From: Candidatus Kapaibacterium sp.
GTDB taxonomy: Bacteria; Bacteroidota; Ignavibacteria; Kapaibacteriales; UBA2268
Direction: 5' to 3'
Assembly: GCA_041677745.1 (NCBI GenBank)
Contig: JBAYPL010000001.1
Span: forward strand, 1-33,313
Length of the DNA: 33,313 nt
Numbering within the stretch: position 1 is the stretch's first letter; every line of letters starts with the position of its first letter. The position numbers were made by a program, and so were the translations under genes. Below are positions 18,162-26,176 of this stretch, in pieces. The notes under the pieces are model-generated. The model was not told the origin of the DNA. It was given only the letters and a program-made list of their open reading frames with translations, and made no database searches.

Positions 18162-18458
18162 ATGACAAACGATACACAATGGAATCTATGGGAAGTATTT
18201 GTCCAGCTGAAGACTGGTAAACCGCACGAGCATGTCGGGAGTGTCCATGCAAGCGACAAGGAAATGGCTATTCAGAATGCAAGAGATGTTTATGCACGCA
18301 GAGATAAACCTATAAGTCTATGGGTAGTTCCTTCTGATAGTATCTCGTCAACTAAACCACAGGATAATGAAGCATTTTTCGACCCTGCCGATGATAAAGT
18401 TTATCGTCATCCTTTGTTTTATAAGATACCGAAAGGGGTGAGCGTTGACATACACTAA
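18162..18458 (+). CDS. paaB: 1,2-phenylacetyl-CoA epoxidase subunit B
   Basis: 98 aa. WEVFVQLKTGKPHEHVGSVHASDKEMAIQNARDVYARR is the PaaB signature, and the gene sits between paaA and paaC. Confidence 0.9.
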   Translation: MTNDTQWNLWEVFVQLKTGKPHEHVGSVHASDKEMAIQNARDVYARRDKPISLWVVPSDSISSTKPQDNEAFFDPADDKVYRHPLFYKIPKGVSVDIH

Positions 18459-19218
18459 CAATATAAAAGAAGCACTTTACAGATATTCCTTGAAACACGG
18501 CGATGACAGGCTTATATTAGGACATAGATTGTCGGAATGGTGTGGTCATGCACCGATTCTTGAGGAAGATTTGGCTCTTGCAAATATTGGACTCGACTTG
18601 CTTGGGCAATCTGTTTTGTGGCTGAAATATGCCTCCGAGTTGCAAGGCATTGGAAAAAATGAAGATGACCTTGCTTATTTGCGCTATGAACGTGAGTTTA
18701 CAAATCTTCTGCTGACTGAGCAAGCTAATGATGATTTTGCTTATGCATTAGCTCGCCAATTTTTCTTTGATGTCTATGACGTGCTTTTATATAGTCGTCT
18801 GAAAGACAGTAACGATGATACTTTGAAAGGTATAGCACAGAAATCCTTGAAGGAAGCTGTTTATCATTTACGCCACAGCTCCGAATGGATTCTTCGACTC
18901 GGCGACGGTACAGAGATAAGCCATGAAAAAATTAGTAATGCAGTCGAAGATTTATGGATGTACACAGGAGAGATGTTTATGAGCAATGATGATGATGTAT
19001 TACTTGCATCGGAAGGTATAGGTGTTGATGTAAGCACTCTGAAAGATGAATGGTATTCTAAGGTCTCAGAAGTGTTGGAAAAAGCCACTTTGTCTGTTCC
19101 ACCTATTGACGCCTTCATGCAAAAGGGAGGTAGAAACGGAATACATACGGAAGATTTAGGATTCATTCTTGCTGATATGCAATATTTAAGACGTTCTTTT
19201 CCTGATGCTAAATGGTAG
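18445..19218 (+). CDS. paaC: 1,2-phenylacetyl-CoA epoxidase structural subunit C
   Basis: LGHRLSEWCGHAPILEEDLALANIGLDLLGQ is typical of PaaC (PaaI). The only usable start is the TTG at 18445, preceded by a GGGGTG Shine-Dalgarno. It overlaps paaB by 14 nt. Confidence 0.85.
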   Translation: MTYTNNIKEALYRYSLKHGDDRLILGHRLSEWCGHAPILEEDLALANIGLDLLGQSVLWLKYASELQGIGKNEDDLAYLRYEREFTNLLLTEQANDDFAYALARQFFFDVYDVLLYSRLKDSNDDTLKGIAQKSLKEAVYHLRHSSEWILRLGDGTEISHEKISNAVEDLWMYTGEMFMSNDDDVLLASEGIGVDVSTLKDEWYSKVSEVLEKATLSVPPIDAFMQKGGRNGIHTEDLGFILADMQYLRRSFPDAKW

Positions 19219-19721
19219 TCAACAAATTAAATAAAGAACTCGTCATGGAGCTTGTATCACAGGTGTCTGACCCCGAGATTCCTGCACTGTCAGTAATTGA
19301 GATGGGTATGGTCAGAGATGTTATCATATCTGATGATTTTGTCGAAGTTATTATAACACCAACATATTCAGGCTGTCCAGCTATGCACCAGATAAGTCAT
19401 GATATAAAAAAAGTATTGAATGATGAAGGTATCGAAGCTCAAATCAAGACTCAATTATCTCCTGCTTGGACTACAGATTGGATGAGTGAAGAAACGTTAG
19501 ATAAGCTCAGGCTCTCCGGTATTTCTCCGCCACATGGAAGAAGTAATGAATTAGACCCTGATAATTTGTTCAATGTAATCAAAGTACCTGCCAATGCTGA
19601 ATGCCCCTTCTGCCGTTCGGAAAATACGAGGACATTGAGCGAGTTCGGCTCAACAGCTTGTAAATCATTACATTTCTGTGATGATTGTCTTCAGGCTTTT
19701 GACCATTTCAAATGTCATTAG
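19212..19721 (+). CDS. paaD: Phenylacetate-CoA oxygenase subunit D (DUF59/MIP18-like domain plus C-terminal Cys4 zinc ribbon)
   Basis: VSDPEIPALSVIEMGMV...TPTYSGCPAM (DUF59 core) and C-terminal CPFCRS...FCDDC. It overlaps paaC by 7 nt. Confidence 0.85.
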   Translation: MVVNKLNKELVMELVSQVSDPEIPALSVIEMGMVRDVIISDDFVEVIITPTYSGCPAMHQISHDIKKVLNDEGIEAQIKTQLSPAWTTDWMSEETLDKLRLSGISPPHGRSNELDPDNLFNVIKVPANAECPFCRSENTRTLSEFGSTACKSLHFCDDCLQAFDHFKCH

Positions 19722-19735
19722 AATATTCTAAATAT

Positions 19736-19770
19736 AAAAAAAAGCAGGTCATTTGAACCTGCTTTTTTTT
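19736..19770. terminator. Bidirectional rho-independent terminator between convergent paaD and nosY
   Basis: GCAGGT (19744..19749), loop catttga, ACCTGC (19757..19762). An A-run flanks it on the left and a T-run on the right. Confidence 0.8.
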
Positions 19771-19807
19771 ATATAAAAATCATTTTGAAAAAATTCGGTA
19801 GAATAAA

Positions 19808-20587
19808 TTAGAAATCTTTTTTGTCAAATTTCCTGTAAGACATAAATAACGGTATGATAAACCAAGCAATCATTAAAAAGACAGTAGAAATCAAGCCGAG
19901 TGATGTGCCGAGCATATTTTTGTAAACTGCGCCTGTATATCCCATGAGAGCAGCTACATCAAGCTTTAATGTGATGAATAGTCTTGCTAAATCATTTGGA
20001 TTTAACATACTCATTATTAGAGCAGGTAATTCAATGGGATAATCACTGAAGAAATAAAGAACTCCAAGTATCAATCCGTCGTATAGGAAGCATAGAAAGA
20101 ACCATACTACCAAAGCAGAACCGAGGCCTTTCGCCTTGTCGTCATATTTATTGGCTATGTAAAATCCGATTGAAAGAAAAATTCCTCCCAATAAAGTTCC
20201 TGCAGATAGAATAAATAAGGCCATGGTAACATCACCCCGCAGTTCATGTGCTATCAATGGAATACCTGCACCAACAAAAAAACCGCCGACGGTTGCCAAT
20301 AATGATGAGATATAGTTACTTAAAAAAATATACTTTCTGTCTATGGGTTGGGCAAGCAAAAATTGTATGTATTCTTTGGAATTATAAAAATGTTGTGTGC
20401 CGTAAATAATGCTAATCAACGGCATTACAATTAGAATTATGTTTAATAAACTTATATACACTTTAGTCGGGTCTGCACTGAAATAATAAAGAGCTTCCGT
20501 AAGAATAAAGTAAAAGCCGGCATAGAAGAAAAACCATTTTGCTTTCAGAAGATTCTTAAATTCGAACATTAATAGTATTTTCAGCAT
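19808..20587 (-). CDS. nosY: NosY, ABC-2 type permease of the NosDFY copper/sulfur maturation transporter
   Basis: 259-aa six-TM hydrophobic protein. It overlaps nosF by 7 nt and is the last gene of the nos operon. Confidence 0.85.
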   Translation of the reverse strand: MLKILLMFEFKNLLKAKWFFFYAGFYFILTEALYYFSADPTKVYISLLNIILIVMPLISIIYGTQHFYNSKEYIQFLLAQPIDRKYIFLSNYISSLLATVGGFFVGAGIPLIAHELRGDVTMALFILSAGTLLGGIFLSIGFYIANKYDDKAKGLGSALVVWFFLCFLYDGLILGVLYFFSDYPIELPALIMSMLNPNDLARLFITLKLDVAALMGYTGAVYKNMLGTSLGLISTVFLMIAWFIIPLFMSYRKFDKKDF

Positions 20588-21294
20588 GATGTACCCGAAG
20601 TATAAATGTTGATTATAGCATCTTCAAGACTCGTTGAATTTGTATTTTGCAAAATCATTTCTCTACCACCTGAATAAACTATATTACCTTCAATCAAAAC
20701 GTTCAAATTGTCAGATAACTCATTAACATCTTGAATTATATGCGATGTCATAAGTATAGTCTTGCCTCTTTTCTTTTCGTTTATTATATATTCTTTAAGT
20801 AGTTTTACGCTCTGTGGGTCTAATCCGACTGAAGGCTCATCAAGAACAATGATTGGCGAATCAAACATAAGTGAAAGAACCACATTTACCTTCTGTTTAG
20901 TTCCGCCTGAGAGATGTTTTAGAGGTTTGTTCAACGAATCATTTACTTGGAATCTTTCTAATAATTCATCTTTAAAAACCGGTTCACAAGCACGAATCTT
21001 CTGTACCAAGCTCAATAAATCGCCTGCTGTCAGGTTCTCGGGATAATTTGCAATTTGAGTCATATAACCAATATTCTTCTTAAATTCAAAATCATTGATA
21101 ATACTTCTATCTTCATAAAAAATATCACCGGAATCAGGTCTGACAAGCCCTAATAGAATTTTAATCAATGTGGTTTTTCCTGAGCCGTTAGGTCCAAGAA
21201 ATGCGTTTATACTTGACGGGCTTAAATCTATATTTACATTCTTAAGCACCTGATTGCTGCCGAATGATTTTGAAATATTTTTAAATCTTATCAT
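20581..21294 (-). CDS. nosF: NosF, ABC transporter ATP-binding protein
   Basis: Walker A GPNGSGKTT, signature LSGGTKQK, Walker B IIVLDEPSVGLD. It overlaps nosD by 14 nt. Confidence 0.9.
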   Translation of the reverse strand: MIRFKNISKSFGSNQVLKNVNIDLSPSSINAFLGPNGSGKTTLIKILLGLVRPDSGDIFYEDRSIINDFEFKKNIGYMTQIANYPENLTAGDLLSLVQKIRACEPVFKDELLERFQVNDSLNKPLKHLSGGTKQKVNVVLSLMFDSPIIVLDEPSVGLDPQSVKLLKEYIINEKKRGKTILMTSHIIQDVNELSDNLNVLIEGNIVYSGGREMILQNTNSTSLEDAIINIYTSGTSC

Positions 21295-22525
21295 ATTGAG
21301 GAGTCATTAATGGTGAATTATCAATCATAGCTGCCGGTGTTATTGACGGAATCAAATTTTCGGCTAAATCTAATATAAATATAAAAAAGCTGTTTAATAA
21401 TATTATCAGAGGCGGATTCTTTTCTACTATAAATGCAAAGAGCCTTACAGGATAATAGGGAATATCGCCCTTGCCGTCTCTGTCAAGGTCATAACCTCGA
21501 TACTTATCCCAGTAATTTCCTTCAAATTCGTTTTGACTCATGGTGCTGTTTGTTGAGAGGTCAAATGAATTTCCCATGATACTATTTCCGGTAAAGACAT
21601 TGTTTGTCGAGCTTGCTAAAATTCTTACCGCCCAAGCATTTGATTTAATAAGATTGCCTCGAAGTTCATTTTTACCGCCGCCTTCTATATAAATACCGGT
21701 AGAATTATTTACCAGTTTGTTATTTATGATTTTACTGTCTTTAATGTCCTTAAGCAACAGTCCATAAGATGCTGCACCTTGATTTAACTCGAAAACATTA
21801 TTTTCCATAAGCACGTTCCTTGTGTACATGACTGCAACACCAGAGCCATTATTACGAAAAATATTATTCTTATATTCTGCATTGTGTGAAAACATGAAAT
21901 GCAATCCGTAACGGATATTATTTTCTGTGTGATTGTTGTTGATGACGACATTTTCGGTAAACTCGAGATATATACCGTCTCTATGACCTTCCAAGCGGTT
22001 ATTCGTAACCTTGGCAGTCTTGCAGTACCAAAGATGAACTGCGTTGCCTGAAGCAGATTCTCGCTTACCTTTACCCAAAAAAATGTTATCCGAGATTGTT
22101 AAATCTGAACTTCTTGCAGCATAAAAAGCAAACATGGTATTGTTGAAAATATTATTTACAATCTTGCAATGCTTGATGCTGTCAGTTCTGATACCCGACC
22201 TGTCTTGCACATGGCTAAAACCGGAGTTTTGAATTGTAAACCCGTTTATTTCAACACTATCGGCAAAAATTTTTATGATATGGTCTCCGCCTTTACCGTT
22301 GATAATCGGATTATTTTTCCCGATGAGAGTTAGGGGCTTTTTAATAACAATTGATTCGTCGTGAATCTCACCGGAGTGTATGATGAGTGTATCATGCGGA
22401 TTTAATTTATTTAAAATATTCTTTATGTCATAACCGGATATATCATCAATTTCAGTGACTGACGCCGATAAATTCATACAGGAAAACAAAAGCAATATGA
22501 AAGATATCTTAATCATCAATGCCAT
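21281..22525 (-). CDS. nosD: NosD, periplasmic parallel beta-helix protein required for CuZ assembly
   Basis: 414 aa with a signal peptide and many N-rich beta-helix repeats (VNNNHTENNIRYGLHFMFS, NNIFRNNGSGVAVMY, NNKLVNNSTGIYIEG). Its position between nosL and nosF fits NosD. Confidence 0.9.
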   Translation of the reverse strand: MALMIKISFILLLFSCMNLSASVTEIDDISGYDIKNILNKLNPHDTLIIHSGEIHDESIVIKKPLTLIGKNNPIINGKGGDHIIKIFADSVEINGFTIQNSGFSHVQDRSGIRTDSIKHCKIVNNIFNNTMFAFYAARSSDLTISDNIFLGKGKRESASGNAVHLWYCKTAKVTNNRLEGHRDGIYLEFTENVVINNNHTENNIRYGLHFMFSHNAEYKNNIFRNNGSGVAVMYTRNVLMENNVFELNQGAASYGLLLKDIKDSKIINNKLVNNSTGIYIEGGGKNELRGNLIKSNAWAVRILASSTNNVFTGNSIMGNSFDLSTNSTMSQNEFEGNYWDKYRGYDLDRDGKGDIPYYPVRLFAFIVEKNPPLIILLNSFFIFILDLAENLIPSITPAAMIDNSPLMTPQYDKI

Positions 22526-22968
22526 TCTTCCTTTACTGTCTCAACTACTTCATTCCAGTTTAATTCATCACCCGGGTGCTGAGTCTTGACTTGATTTAAG
22601 GATTCCATGTCAGGGAAGCTTGTCAGAAACATCGCCATTGGGCTTGGCAGACTTCTAGCACGCAGATAATATGCAGACTCGGCATTAATCAATTGTCTCG
22701 GATTTGTGTAATCTATCGTCCAAATCGAATATATGTTTTCCTTATCAATTTGCTCGTCGGCAATGTATTTCGCCATACATTCGAGTGCGTCGAATTTGAA
22801 AGTTTTACCATTTTTGTTGACAATTTCGGCACCGTATTTTTCGTCGGTGATAGACATTTTGCAAAGCACACATTCATCATGTCCGAACTCGATAGGTTCT
22901 GGTTCATGGTTGCATGAAATCAACAAGAATATTGAAAGAACAGCAGGTATTATTAATAAATTTTTCAT
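22516..22968 (-). CDS. nosL: NosL, copper chaperone lipoprotein
   Basis: Lipobox LLISC. The motif ECVLCKMSITDEKYGAEIV is the NosL-family C-x-x-C-x-M pattern. It overlaps nosD by 10 nt. Confidence 0.85.
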   Translation of the reverse strand: MKNLLIIPAVLSIFLLISCNHEPEPIEFGHDECVLCKMSITDEKYGAEIVNKNGKTFKFDALECMAKYIADEQIDKENIYSIWTIDYTNPRQLINAESAYYLRARSLPSPMAMFLTSFPDMESLNQVKTQHPGDELNWNEVVETVKEEWH

Positions 22969-23549
22969 TATGATTTTCTCCTGTTTTTAATATAATCATA
23001 CATGATTTTAACCCACGCAGAAGTCAATCCTACAAATAGGAAATATCCTCCTATGCCGGGCATCGAAGTAACCTCGAAGTTAAGAATTGTTTTTGAACCG
23101 ATTAATGGTGGTTGATAAGAGACACCGGTAGTTTTAATTATGGCATTAGGGTCTAAATCCGTCGCATAATCGGTTTGCCAAGCATAGAAGTCATACATTC
23201 CAATCAATCCGAGTAAAGAAAAGACAATAACCCAAGTAACAAATAACTTTTTATTCCCCACAAATGCCAGTATAAACCCGGTAATAATCATGAAGATATT
23301 GATACCGGGCATATATTTGAGTTCAGCAATACTGTCGGGCTCGATATTTTTCATGCCAATATAATGATTCAACAGGTTAATACTTTTCAGTTGGTAATTG
23401 TCGTCGCCTGTAACCTTATCTATGAATATGCGCATCTGTAAGCCTTCGGGAAATTGCGGTGCTCCGAAATCAATGAGCCATAGAGGTTTGAAAAACAGTG
23501 ATATCGGCATTATCGCCGCAAACAACAATATATAATTTATCTTTTTCAT
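22968..23549 (-). CDS. NosB-like 4-TM membrane protein (clade II nos accessory protein of unknown function)
   Basis: 193 aa with four hydrophobic helices. It lies immediately downstream of nosZ, and its stop overlaps the nosL start by 1 nt (TAATG). The call rests on position and topology; no motif was recognised. Confidence 0.55.
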   Translation of the reverse strand: MKKINYILLFAAIMPISLFFKPLWLIDFGAPQFPEGLQMRIFIDKVTGDDNYQLKSINLLNHYIGMKNIEPDSIAELKYMPGINIFMIITGFILAFVGNKKLFVTWVIVFSLLGLIGMYDFYAWQTDYATDLDPNAIIKTTGVSYQPPLIGSKTILNFEVTSMPGIGGYFLFVGLTSAWVKIMYDYIKNRRKS

Positions 23550-23583
23550 AGCATTAACCTGTTTAAATCATTTTATAAAAGAA

Positions 23584-25536
23584 TTATTTACCTGAATTGA
23601 ATGTAATCTCAGTATTCGAATTTGCCGGAGACACACGGACATATCCTTGCATTTCTTGATGAAGAGCAGAACAAAAGTCAGTGCAATAGAACGGGAAAAC
23701 ACCCACTCTTTCCGGCTTCCACACTATCGTTTGTGTTTCTCCCGGCATTATTAACAGCTCTGAATTGTGAGCTCCCATAACGGCAAAGCCATGAGGAATA
23801 TCCCAATCTTGTTCGAGATTAGTAACATGCCAATATACAATATCACCAACTTTGATACCTTCAATCATATCAGGCATAAAATGTGAACGAATTGAAGTCA
23901 TATAAACTCTGACTATATTACCTTCCCTGACTACTCTTGCTTCTTTTTCGGAAAATGTAGCATGTGGGTGTTTGTTGTCTTCGAGTCGGTATATTTTCTT
24001 GCTATTCGGTTTGACGAGTTCCGCGGGAATAGCTTGAGCGTAGTGAGGTTCACCTGTTGTTGGAAAATCAAGAAGCAACTTCATTTTTTCGCCGCTGATG
24101 TCATATAATTGTGCTGAATGTGACATTTCCGGTCCGGTGGGCAAATATCTGTCTTTGGTAATTTTATTTAAGGCTACTACGTATTTACCAAAAGGTTTTG
24201 CCGCATCGCCGCCGGGAACCATAAGATGACCTATTGAATAATAAGTAGGAATTCTGTCAACGACTTCCCATGTACCGACTTTCCACTTTACAATCTCTGA
24301 TGATAGGAACATTGAAGTATATCCGTAACCTTTATCGTCGAACTCTGTATGCAAAGGTCCTAAGCCCGGTTCCTTGACTTCACCTGCAATAACGGCATCA
24401 TAATTCAAGACCGGAATTCCGTCAATCTCAGAGTCGAATTTTTTATCTTCAATAGCTTTCATCATCTTTGAAAAAGAGAATACCGGAATCAAAGCAGCGA
24501 GTTTACCGCTTGCAGCAATATATTCGCCTGAGGGGTCAACATCGCATCCATGAGGTGATTTGGGTGTAGGTAGCAGATAGACCAAACCGGGGCATTCGTC
24601 TGGATAAAGAACTTTAACTCCATTCATTTCAGTAGATGTAGCCGAATGTGTATCATCATTCCATATATTGTGTCTGTATGTTCCCGGTTCATCCTTTGCT
24701 TTTCCTTCGGCAAGGTATTTTTCAGCCAATCGCCAATTCACTGCAGCGACAAAATCTTTATCATTCTGCGAGGCATTAACTTCAAGTAGGGTGTTGGCTT
24801 GTTCGGAATTATAGCATGAAAAGAATACCCAATCCTTTGAAACAGCTTTACCGGCACGACTTAGGTCGTAATTGAAACCGGGCATTCGTACTTGGAATTC
24901 AAGACTCATCCTGCCTGTTTCTTTGTCAACTTTGACAAATGTGAGATTACCTTTGAAGTTCTCTTTATAAGTCGCTATTGACACGTCCTTGTTTGGTACT
25001 GGTACACTGAACCTTGTTCCGGCTATAACGTATTCCGTATTTTCGGTACAGAACGGAGAACTGTGATTACCAGAGCTATTTGGAATTTCTATTATCTCGG
25101 ATGTTTTGAAAGAAGAAAGGTCAATTCTCGCTATTCGAGGGGTATTGTTACCATTTATAAACACCCATTTTCCGTCGGGATTACTGCCTGTCATCGAGAG
25201 CTGAGGATGATGAGCGTCATCCCATGGAATGAATCCGTAAGAAGTTTCAAGCATAGGCTTGCTTTCTTCCGAGTAACCCCATCCGTTTTCGGCATGTTGT
25301 GCAAATACCGGTATTATCTTCAAGAGTCTTCCGCTTGGTAGCCCGTAAACAGACATTTGTCCGTTAAATCCACCCGAAAATAGACCGTAAAATTCATCAT
25401 GAGTACCTGGAGCTACATATACTTTTGATGCAGCATCGGAATCAGAACCCAATTCACTGTTACTTGTACATGAGAAGAAGTAAAGTGAAAGCGCCGTTAT
25501 TATTCCGGCGGCTATTAGCATGTTTGTTTTTTTCAT
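23584..25536 (-). CDS. nosZ: Nitrous-oxide reductase NosZ, clade II (Sec-type signal, no twin-arginine motif)
   Basis: CuA motif CTDFCSALHQEMQGY, CuZ-region motifs WDDAHHP and GLGPLHTEFDDKGYGYTSMF, and EPHYAQ. The N-terminus MKKTNMLIAAGIITALSLYFFSC lacks an RR Tat motif, which is the clade II hallmark. There is no C-terminal heme c domain. Confidence 0.97.
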   Translation of the reverse strand: MKKTNMLIAAGIITALSLYFFSCTSNSELGSDSDAASKVYVAPGTHDEFYGLFSGGFNGQMSVYGLPSGRLLKIIPVFAQHAENGWGYSEESKPMLETSYGFIPWDDAHHPQLSMTGSNPDGKWVFINGNNTPRIARIDLSSFKTSEIIEIPNSSGNHSSPFCTENTEYVIAGTRFSVPVPNKDVSIATYKENFKGNLTFVKVDKETGRMSLEFQVRMPGFNYDLSRAGKAVSKDWVFFSCYNSEQANTLLEVNASQNDKDFVAAVNWRLAEKYLAEGKAKDEPGTYRHNIWNDDTHSATSTEMNGVKVLYPDECPGLVYLLPTPKSPHGCDVDPSGEYIAASGKLAALIPVFSFSKMMKAIEDKKFDSEIDGIPVLNYDAVIAGEVKEPGLGPLHTEFDDKGYGYTSMFLSSEIVKWKVGTWEVVDRIPTYYSIGHLMVPGGDAAKPFGKYVVALNKITKDRYLPTGPEMSHSAQLYDISGEKMKLLLDFPTTGEPHYAQAIPAELVKPNSKKIYRLEDNKHPHATFSEKEARVVREGNIVRVYMTSIRSHFMPDMIEGIKVGDIVYWHVTNLEQDWDIPHGFAVMGAHNSELLIMPGETQTIVWKPERVGVFPFYCTDFCSALHQEMQGYVRVSPANSNTEITFNSGK

Positions 25537-25568
25537 AACAGATTCCTAAAAAATAATTAGACAAAAAT

Positions 25569-26000
25569 TTATTGGTCGAGACTTCTTAAGTATTCAAGTA
25601 AAGCACGTGCTTCATCCTGAGGTATGTTCTGGTTTGCCATAGGTGTCATAAACTCTGCATACAGCTTCTTGGCTTCTTCATTTTCTTTAATCATCTGTTC
25701 AGGATTCATGATCATATTCATAATCCATTCCGGTGTCCTTTTCTTTGATACTCCGCGAAGGCTAGGTCCTACGTACCTTTCATCTACCTTGTGACAAGCT
25801 GAACATTTTGAATTGAATATCTTCTCTCCGTTTGATGCCAAAGCCGCATCAAGGTTGCCGACAAATACAGTCTTGATAGGACCGATACCTTTATCGGCTC
25901 CGCTTGCAGCTTCCGTTTTACCTTCATCACCACCACCTCCGCCGCAGGATGTGAACAGTGCCATGGCGGCTGCTAAAGTAATTAAAACAAGTAATTTCAT
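25569..26000 (-). CDS. Mono-heme c-type cytochrome lipoprotein, probable electron donor to NosZ
   Basis: Lipobox ALFTSC followed by a GGGGG linker. There is a single CSACH heme-binding motif and a candidate distal Met in EFMTPMANQ. A GGAG Shine-Dalgarno is present. It is the first gene of the nos operon. Confidence 0.85.
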   Translation of the reverse strand: MKLLVLITLAAAMALFTSCGGGGGDEGKTEAASGADKGIGPIKTVFVGNLDAALASNGEKIFNSKCSACHKVDERYVGPSLRGVSKKRTPEWIMNMIMNPEQMIKENEEAKKLYAEFMTPMANQNIPQDEARALLEYLRSLDQ

Positions 26001-26022
26001 TTATAAATCTCCTATATTTTTA

Positions 26023-26046
26023 AAATCAGACAATTTAATCTGATTT
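26023..26046. promoter_or_regulatory. Perfect 8-bp inverted repeat AAATCAGA-N8-TCTGATTT in the nos operon leader (candidate operator)
   Basis: Read directly: arms at 26023..26030 and 26039..26046. It lies 23 to 46 nt upstream of the cytochrome c start codon, between the candidate -10 element and the Shine-Dalgarno. Confidence 0.35.
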
Positions 26047-26058
26047 AAAAATAAGACT

Positions 26059-26086
26059 ATTTTATCTTAAAACAAAATTATTTCAA
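26059..26086 (-). promoter_or_regulatory. Candidate promoter of the nos operon (TTGAAA-N16-TAAAAT on the minus strand)
   Basis: The -35-like element is at 26081..26086 and the -10-like element at 26059..26064, read on the minus strand. A TAATTTTG (TAnnTTTG, Bacteroidota-type -7 element) also lies in the spacer. The region is AT-rich, so chance matches are likely. Confidence 0.2.
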
Positions 26087-26094
26087 TAATTTCT

Positions 26095-26143
26095 AAAAAA
26101 AAATAAAAAAAAAACATCGTTTTGAGCAAATTCTCAAACGATG
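26095..26143 (-). terminator. Rho-independent terminator of the KamA-family gene, insulating it from the nos operon
   Basis: Stem CATCGTTTTGAG (26115..26126) pairs with CTCAAACGATG (26133..26143) with one bulge. On the minus strand it is followed by a long T-run (plus-strand A-run 26095..26114). Confidence 0.7.
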
Positions 26144-26176
26144 CTTTTAAAATCAACAGCTTATAAGATTAGATAT

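Noticed and set aside
19212-20587. Possible functional link between paaD (DUF59-type metallocluster domain) and the adjacent nos maturation genes.
   Set aside because: The genes are convergent and separated by a strong bidirectional terminator. paaD overlaps paaC and carries the PaaD-specific zinc ribbon, so the adjacency is most simply coincidental.
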